This document shows, piece after piece, positions 57,890 to 64,000 of a stretch of DNA of 64,000 bases. Numbering within the stretch: the stretch's first letter is position 1; each line of letters starts with the position of its first letter. The notes beneath the pieces were generated by a model that saw only the letters and a program-made list of their open reading frames with translations, was not told the origin of the DNA and did no database searches. Both the position numbers and the translations under genes were made by a program. The stretch is from Thermoplasmatota archaeon (GTDB lineage Archaea; Thermoplasmatota; Thermoplasmata; UBA10834): positions 160,001-224,000 of the forward strand of contig JBFMHR010000005.1 in assembly GCA_040751795.1 (NCBI GenBank). Direction: 5' to 3'.

Positions 57890-58282
57890 ATGCCGATATC
57901 TGAACACGTCGGGAAGGCAGACTGGAAGACCGAGAAGCACGTGCCTGTCATCGAGTGCCCGGACAAGGTCGCGGCCGACCAGGTCTTCGACATAACCGTG
58001 ACGGTCGGGAAGGAGATCGCGCACCCGAACACGACCGCCCACCACATCAGGTGGATATCGCTCTACTTCCACCCCGAGGGGGAGAAGTTCAGCTACCAGG
58101 TCGCCAGGGTGGAGTTCTCGGCCCACGGCGAGGGCGCCCAGGGCGCGGACACGAGCACCGTCTACACCCACCACAGGGCGACGGTGTCGATGAAGACCAA
58201 GAAGGCCGGGACCCTGCACGCGGTGTCGCTGTGCAACATACACGGCCTCTGGGAGAGCGAGAGGAAGCTCGCGGTCGGGTGA
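57890..58282 (+). CDS. sor: Superoxide reductase (neelaredoxin / class II SORL)
   Basis: EKHVP, HPNTTAHHIRWI, CNIHGLW. Confidence 0.92.
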   Translation: MPISEHVGKADWKTEKHVPVIECPDKVAADQVFDITVTVGKEIAHPNTTAHHIRWISLYFHPEGEKFSYQVARVEFSAHGEGAQGADTSTVYTHHRATVSMKTKKAGTLHAVSLCNIHGLWESERKLAVG

Positions 58283-58761
58283 CTTCCCAGGTGCGGTGCG
58301 TAGGCTCGGCCAGAATCGATGGCCGGCCTCTGGTCGTGATGCGAACAGGGCGTCCCATGCGCTACATCCGCGAGATAGTTGCTTAAGGATGGGGTGCCTA
58401 GGTCTGTGCGAGACGGCGGAGCGGGCGATGACCCCTCTAGGAGGACTCCGAGACCGCTCCCGATGTCTCCATTTTTCCGTCTTTCATCAGAGCCTGTGCA
58501 GACTATGTGCCACGAGCAGCCTGAATGCCGACTCGCGCCTCCCCGTGGTCATGTGATCCCTGAGAGTGCCCGCAACGAGATCCGCCATCTGAAGGCCTGG
58601 AGTCCGCCAGCTGTCGCATTGCTCCGCTTGGCAGGTGCCGGACCCTGCGAATAGCCTCTCCAGGTCCCTGCCGAAGTGCGCTCCCGCTCCGGGTCTCCAG
58701 TCGGCCCCATGTCCCCCGATAATCCATCACTTAATGTACAGGCCTCGTCGATTACGATGTC

Positions 58762-59946
58762 ATGGGGCTCTCGCCTCTGCCGGAGGAGGTGGAGCACGAC
58801 CTCAGGGCGTGCCTGCAGTGCGGCTACTGCAACTTCGTGTGCCCGATCCAGCTCAACCCCGACCGGGGCTTCGAGTCCTACCGCGTCAGGGGCAAGATGT
58901 ACCACCTGAAGAAGTACGTCCGCCCCGGCTTCATGCAGAGGCTGCTGGGCAACGCGCCAGAGATCTCCCCAGAGTTCGTCGAGCGGGTCTACAACTGCAC
59001 CGCCTGCGGCTACTGCCAGGTCGCGTGCCACGTCGAGATCAGGTTCAACGACAGGTGGGAGCAGGTCAAGGAGTGGTTCGTGAGGAACGGGGTCGGACCC
59101 CTTGACAGGCACAGGGCGCTGAGGACCAGGGTCATCGCGAAGCACAACCCATACGACGAGCCCCACGAGGCCAGGGACGCGTGGGTCCAGAAGGACGCGA
59201 AGCGGTCCAAGGACCCGGAGGTCCTGTACTTCACCGGCTGCACCGCGAGCTACAGGCAGCAGAGGATCGCCCAGGACGCGCTCAGGGTCCTCGAGGCCGC
59301 GGGGGTGGAGTACGACGTCCTCGGGAGGGACGAGTGGTGCTGCGGCTCCCCGCTCATCAGGACCGGCCAGACCGACATCGTCACCGACGAGAAGGACGGG
59401 CTCGTCAAGCACAACCTCAGGGAGTTCGAGAGGCGCGGCGCGAGGAAGGTGGTCACCGCCTGCGCCGGATGCTTCATGACCCTGAGCCACAACTACCCGA
59501 TGTACGCGGGCAAGCTGGACTTCGAGCTCCTGCACATGACGCAGTTCATGGACAAGCTAATCAAGGACGGGAGGCTGGAGCTGAGGAGGCCGCTCCCCAA
59601 GAAGGCGGCGTACCACGACCCCTGCCACATAGGTCGGCACTTCGGGATCTTCGAGGAGCCCAGGAGGATACTGAACGCCTTCCCCGGGTCGCACTACATC
59701 GAGCTCCCGCACAACAGGCTCGACTCGCAGTGCTGCGGCGCAGGAGGGGGATACAAGATCCAGTTCAACGACCGCGCGGAGCACATCGCCTCGCTCAGGG
59801 TCGAGGAGGCCAGGGGCGCCGGCGCGGAGATGCTGGTGTCGGCCTGCCCGTTCTGCGTCACCAACCTGACCGGCGGGGCGAAGAGGGCGGGGATCGACAT
59901 GCCCGTGGCCGAGCTGGTGTCCCTTGTGGCGGAGAGCGCCAGGTGA
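58762..59946 (+). CDS. HdrD/GlcF-like Fe-S oxidoreductase (2x [4Fe-4S] + 2 CCG domains)
   Basis: CLQCGYCNFVCP, CTACGYCQVAC, YFTGC, EWCCGSP, TACAGC, YHDPCHIGR, CCGAGGG, SACPFC. Confidence 0.9.
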   Translation: MGLSPLPEEVEHDLRACLQCGYCNFVCPIQLNPDRGFESYRVRGKMYHLKKYVRPGFMQRLLGNAPEISPEFVERVYNCTACGYCQVACHVEIRFNDRWEQVKEWFVRNGVGPLDRHRALRTRVIAKHNPYDEPHEARDAWVQKDAKRSKDPEVLYFTGCTASYRQQRIAQDALRVLEAAGVEYDVLGRDEWCCGSPLIRTGQTDIVTDEKDGLVKHNLREFERRGARKVVTACAGCFMTLSHNYPMYAGKLDFELLHMTQFMDKLIKDGRLELRRPLPKKAAYHDPCHIGRHFGIFEEPRRILNAFPGSHYIELPHNRLDSQCCGAGGGYKIQFNDRAEHIASLRVEEARGAGAEMLVSACPFCVTNLTGGAKRAGIDMPVAELVSLVAESAR

Positions 59947-59995
59947 GCCCTGGAAGCCTTTTAATCATGGGTAGGCAATCATCGCACCGTTCCAG

Positions 59996-61039
59996 ATGCG
60001 CGCCCTGCCGCTGTTCAGGTTCAACAGGCGTGCGCGGTCCACGAGCTGGGGGATCGCCCTCTGCACCATGTTCATAGTGGCCAGCTTCTCCATCGCCGCG
60101 GGCCTGAGGACATCGATGGACGCCCTCTCGGACAACTTCTCCACGGAGTACTCGGTCGTGTCGTACCCCGGGGCCTCGGGGATGGACCCGTTCGATGCAT
60201 CGACGCTCGGGGCGGCCGAAGCGAGGAGCGCGCTCTGCGTCGTGGCCGTCGTGTGGGCCGGCGAGGTGGACCAGGTCGTCTTCAGCGTCTCCGACCCCGG
60301 CTCCGTCCTCCCGGAGGCTCTCGCGACGTCGGGGACGGAGGTGAAGGCCGGCTCCGAGGCGGCCATCGAAGGGACCGCGACCCTGGTCGGGGCGACGAGC
60401 CAGGTGGTCACGGTCGTGTCGGGCTTCTCGTCGACCATGTTCTCCCCGTCGTGGGTGCTGGGCAGCGAGGAGCTCCTGATGGCCCTGACGGGCTTCCCGG
60501 CGGGCTCCTGCAACCTCGCCGTCTCGAAGGACCTGTCACAGGAGGAGATGGCGTCGCTCGAGTCCGCGGGGTTCGTGGTCCAGCCGACCGTCTCGATCAT
60601 CGAGTTCCTCGACTCCGGCGTGGACGATCTGCAGTCCGACGCGTACTGGGTCCTGGTGCCGTCGGCCTTCGTCATCGCCGTGCTGGTGTACAGCTTCATA
60701 GGCTCGGAGGTCGTCGACAAGAGGCACGACATAGGCATCATCAAGACCCTCGGGGCGGGGCGCGGCCGTGTCCTGGCCTACCTCCTGGGCGAGTCCCTCC
60801 TGATATGCGCGTACGGCGCCGTCCTCGGCGTGGCGCTCGGGATCGTGATGTCCTACGCCGTATCGACCGCAGCCTCCCACGTCTTCACCTCCGTGTTCTC
60901 GGTGGAGGTCGACGAGACGCTCCTCCTCGTGTCGTACCTGGTGGCCGTCGCGGCCGGTATGGCCGGCTCGCTGCTGCCAGCCGCCAGGATGACCATGACC
61001 TCGCCCTCGGAGGACCTCAGGGAGGGGTCGCCATTCTGA
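59996..61039 (+). CDS. FtsX/MacB-like ABC permease
   Basis: N-terminal TM, extracytoplasmic loop, DIGIIKTLGA motif, three C-terminal TM segments. Confidence 0.8.
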   Translation: MRALPLFRFNRRARSTSWGIALCTMFIVASFSIAAGLRTSMDALSDNFSTEYSVVSYPGASGMDPFDASTLGAAEARSALCVVAVVWAGEVDQVVFSVSDPGSVLPEALATSGTEVKAGSEAAIEGTATLVGATSQVVTVVSGFSSTMFSPSWVLGSEELLMALTGFPAGSCNLAVSKDLSQEEMASLESAGFVVQPTVSIIEFLDSGVDDLQSDAYWVLVPSAFVIAVLVYSFIGSEVVDKRHDIGIIKTLGAGRGRVLAYLLGESLLICAYGAVLGVALGIVMSYAVSTAASHVFTSVFSVEVDETLLLVSYLVAVAAGMAGSLLPAARMTMTSPSEDLREGSPF

Positions 61040-63069
61040 TGATCCGCCGCAGGGCGATGGTCGTGATCGCCCTGTCCGTGACCATCTTCACGGCGACGAC
61101 CTCGGTGCTGGCCGGCCTGTACAACGCCCCCGCCGCCTTCGCGGCAGGCGAGGGGTATGTCATCGCGTCGGTCGAGGCGCCGACCATCTTCTCGAGCAAG
61201 GTGGACATGGAGATGGCCTTCGCCCTCGAGCAGATGGAGCAGGTCACGGGCGTCAGCCCGGAGGTGTTCGCCTTCTCCTCCTGGGGCGGGGAGTCGTTCG
61301 TGGTCAGGGGCGTGGACTTCGACAGGCTCGCGTCCGTCGGGCCGGTGCTGGACACCGAGATGGCCGGGGACGCCGGGTCCGTCGGGCACGGCCTCCTCGG
61401 CGAGAGGCTCGCGGGGAGGCTCGGCCTGTCCCTCCCCTGCACCGTCCCACTGGCCGGGAGCTACTCGACGAGGATAGAGGTCGTCCCGGTCGTCGGCACG
61501 TTCTCATCGGGCTCGTCCCTGGACGACGAGATGCTCGTGGACGTGGACATCGCGCGCCGCCTCTCGGGCATGCATCCCGGCGAGGCCTCGGTGATCCGCG
61601 TGGCGACCTCGGAGCCCGAGTGGCTCGATTCGCTCCTCACCCCCTCGTCCGCGAGGTTCACCCTGTTCAACATGTCCATCTCCAAGTCGAGGGTGGGCCC
61701 GGACGAGGAGTGCACCATAGGCGTCACGGCGCTGAACTGGGGCGGCTCGAACAGCTCTGCGACGGTGACTTTCGCGGACGACGGGGCCGATTTTGACCAG
61801 ATCCACATAGACCTCGACGCCTCCAGCATGGCGGACGTCCAGGCCGTCTTCGCGAGCGCCTCGGTCGGGGGGCACAACATCACCATCAGCATCGGGGGCG
61901 ATTCCCCTGTGACCATGTGGACGGAGGTGGAGGTCGTCGGTCCGTACCTCGTATCGTCCTTCGGATCCTCGCTTCTCATGGGCTCTCCCCTGGTCGTGCG
62001 CGTGGCGACCTACCAGGGCGCCCCGGCCCCCGGGGTCCAGGTCACGCTGGCCGATTCGGTCCCATCGTCGAACACCACGGACGCGACCGGCGCGTGCACC
62101 ATCCTGGCGGACGAGGCCGGGACGTTCCAGGTCACCTTCGACACGGACGGGACGGCGTTCGCGGGCATGGACTTCCAGGGCCCCGACGAAGTCGAGGTCC
62201 TCGATCCCGCGTCCTTCTCGCCGGAGTTCCTGCCGGAGGTCACATCGCTGTCGATCTCGCCGAGCTCGGTCAAGGAGGGGGAGTCCGCTGTCGCGATGGT
62301 CACGGTCGAGAACGCCGGCCTGGTCGCCGGGACGGCGACGGTCCTGCTGGCCGTGGACTCGGTCCCCTACGCCACGGTCGAGGTCCCCCTCGGCTCCGCT
62401 GGCCGTGCGGCCAAGTCCATCCCCCTAGGATCCCTTTCGCCCGGTTCCTACGTGGTCCAGGCGGGGGACCTGACGGCGGTCCTGGAGGTGAAGCCCTGGT
62501 ACTCCGAGGACCCCGACTTCATCGAGCTCGTCGTGAGGTACGGCGACTCCATCTCGGTGTCGTCGTCCGGGTCCGTCCTCGTCTACCAGGCTGCGAAGAT
62601 CTCCGAGGGGAACGTCTCGCTGGCCCTCACCTCGCTGGGCGTGGTGGCGGCGCTCCTGGCGACGCTGGCCATAGTGTCCGCCTTCTCCAAGGAGCTCCAC
62701 GACGGCAGGAAGAAGCTCGGCATAATGAGGGCGCTCGGCGCGTCCAGGGAGAAGGTCCGCGCGATGGCCTTCAGGCAGGCGCTCGTCGCCTCGCTCGCGG
62801 GCTCCGCGGCCGGCGTCGGCGCGGGGATGCTGGTCTCGATGTGGCTCGTGAGCTCCGGGGCCTTCTCGGTCGTTGGGCACGTCCTCGAGTTCGGCGTGGA
62901 CCTGGGCCTGGTGGTCCTCACGCTGGCGGGGGTCGTGGCGATAAGCCTCGTGAGCGCGGTCGCGTCGGCCGAGTTCGCGGTCCGCGAGAGCGCCATGTCG
63001 TCGATAAGGGACCTCCCCGAGGAGGAGGCCCCGGAGCAGGACCCGGACCTTCCGCCCGAAGGGCCCTGA
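61039..63069 (+). CDS. FtsX/MacB-like ABC permease with inserted CARDB/Ig-like domains
   Basis: VTGVSPEV..VRGVD, NWGG and ENAG CARDB-like repeats, KLGIMRALGAS; TGATG coupling to the upstream gene. Confidence 0.8.
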   Translation: MIRRRAMVVIALSVTIFTATTSVLAGLYNAPAAFAAGEGYVIASVEAPTIFSSKVDMEMAFALEQMEQVTGVSPEVFAFSSWGGESFVVRGVDFDRLASVGPVLDTEMAGDAGSVGHGLLGERLAGRLGLSLPCTVPLAGSYSTRIEVVPVVGTFSSGSSLDDEMLVDVDIARRLSGMHPGEASVIRVATSEPEWLDSLLTPSSARFTLFNMSISKSRVGPDEECTIGVTALNWGGSNSSATVTFADDGADFDQIHIDLDASSMADVQAVFASASVGGHNITISIGGDSPVTMWTEVEVVGPYLVSSFGSSLLMGSPLVVRVATYQGAPAPGVQVTLADSVPSSNTTDATGACTILADEAGTFQVTFDTDGTAFAGMDFQGPDEVEVLDPASFSPEFLPEVTSLSISPSSVKEGESAVAMVTVENAGLVAGTATVLLAVDSVPYATVEVPLGSAGRAAKSIPLGSLSPGSYVVQAGDLTAVLEVKPWYSEDPDFIELVVRYGDSISVSSSGSVLVYQAAKISEGNVSLALTSLGVVAALLATLAIVSAFSKELHDGRKKLGIMRALGASREKVRAMAFRQALVASLAGSAAGVGAGMLVSMWLVSSGAFSVVGHVLEFGVDLGLVVLTLAGVVAISLVSAVASAEFAVRESAMSSIRDLPEEEAPEQDPDLPPEGP

Positions 63070-63072
63070 GCC

Positions 63073-63942
63073 TCACTCGACGACGCTGAGCCAGACATGG
63101 AGGTTGCCGTAGAGGTACTGCGCCTGCCCCTCCTCGCGGATGTAGAGGTCGAAGTCGAACCTCCAGACCCCGGGCTGGTCCAGCGCGAAGGTGACGTTGA
63201 CGAACCGTGTGTCGCCCTCGTCCATGGAGAAGTTGTACCACCTGGTGCCCCAGTGCGTGTCGTTCCAGCAGTATGCGGCCATTGAGAAGTCCCTGGGCCC
63301 GTCCTCGCCGTTGTGCATCTCGACCGTCAGGGTGATGTTGGACCCGAGGGCGCGGGTGCTGTTGATCTTCGCGCTCCCGTCCTCGGTCATGGCGAAGTAG
63401 GTCCTGGACGGGTACTCCGCCGTGATGATGAGCGCCAGGCACACGCCCGAGACCACGAGCGCGGTGCCGACCATCGCGGCGACGACCTTGTCGAACTTGA
63501 AGGGCTCGATCTCCTCGTCCCTGGCCGCGGCCTTCCCCTTCTCCACCGGCTCCGGCTTCGCCGTCCGCGCCTTGAGCGTCTCCACGGCGACCGCCGCGAG
63601 GGAGAACACTATGAGCGACGCCCTCGTCGTGTTGGAGTCCAGGCCGATGGGGGTGAGCACGAGGAACAGGCCCAGGAATATGATGACCAGGATGCTTATG
63701 CCGAGGCTAAGGACGAACCTCGCCTCGAGGCCGGTGCCCTTCCAGAAGAAGAGCCTGACGACCGCGAATCCGGGCACGAAGAACATGTAGGGGAGCCCGA
63801 GGGCGAACGCCGCGGCGGTACCTGGCAGCGCCACGAGCACCGCTGTCGCGACCACGGAGAAGAGGGCTATCGCGAGCCTCTGGCCGTCGTCGGTCTCGAG
63901 GAACCCGATGGTCCTTCCGAGCGCGTCCGATCCGTCTCCCAA
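63073..63942 (-). CDS. DUF1616 family membrane protein
   Basis: LGLPYMFFVPGFAV..LF, RFVLSLGISI, C-terminal Ig-like domain ending LHVWLSV. Confidence 0.8.
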   Translation of the reverse strand: MGDGSDALGRTIGFLETDDGQRLAIALFSVVATAVLVALPGTAAAFALGLPYMFFVPGFAVVRLFFWKGTGLEARFVLSLGISILVIIFLGLFLVLTPIGLDSNTTRASLIVFSLAAVAVETLKARTAKPEPVEKGKAAARDEEIEPFKFDKVVAAMVGTALVVSGVCLALIITAEYPSRTYFAMTEDGSAKINSTRALGSNITLTVEMHNGEDGPRDFSMAAYCWNDTHWGTRWYNFSMDEGDTRFVNVTFALDQPGVWRFDFDLYIREEGQAQYLYGNLHVWLSVVE

Positions 63943-64000
63943 GTGTGCTCAGACCTCGGCCTGCTGAAACGTGTAGGCCCATATATCTGTTTGCGGTGGT

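Noticed and set aside
24033-58740. A window-wide regulon defined by GTAC-core motifs in several promoters (24033, 36092, 51741, 53183, 54273, 58735)
   Set aside because: The core is too short and common to support without statistics; only the two clearly paired instances are reported.
58762-59946. HdrD as proof of methanogenesis
   Set aside because: CCG-domain proteins also serve lactate, glycolate and other oxidoreductases, and no mcr, mtr or hdr partners are in the window.

Overview
A GC-rich archaeal window. TATA/BRE-type promoters, a PEF-CTERM protein, DUF1616, V4R and zinc-ribbon proteins point to an anaerobic Thermoplasmatota-like organism (inference). From left to right: (1) 1-10.4 kb, a surface-glycan cluster with an SDR epimerase, wecB, GT2/GT4s, gmd, fcl and a His-type PLP/PMP 3-dehydratase-like enzyme, interrupted by an HATPase + STAS (DUF4325) pair; (2) a seven-zinc-ribbon, membrane-anchored PEF-CTERM protein; (3) a ~10 kb lower-GC glycosylation island whose borders fall inside the flanking genes; (4) a complete trp operon, trpE-G-(D::C fusion)-F-B-A; (5) three surface proteins, including a 1710-aa Tyr/Asp-rich repeat protein and a ~1650-aa receptor-like protein with a cytoplasmic longin/roadblock-like tail; (6) rubrerythrin, a solute-binding protein + sensor kinase, two divergent non-pyrrolysine MttB-family methyltransferases with a corrinoid protein, a V4R protein, GldA, a SAM methyltransferase, an RHH regulator and a Na+:solute symporter; (7) a CBS-HPF fusion (archaeal ribosome hibernation factor type), superoxide reductase, an HdrD/GlcF-like Fe-S protein, two FtsX-like permeases and DUF1616. 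I also found two Cys-rich microproteins that the ORF track misses. No rRNA, tRNA, CRISPR array, transposase or integrase was seen. All product calls come from motifs read by eye; no database search was run.
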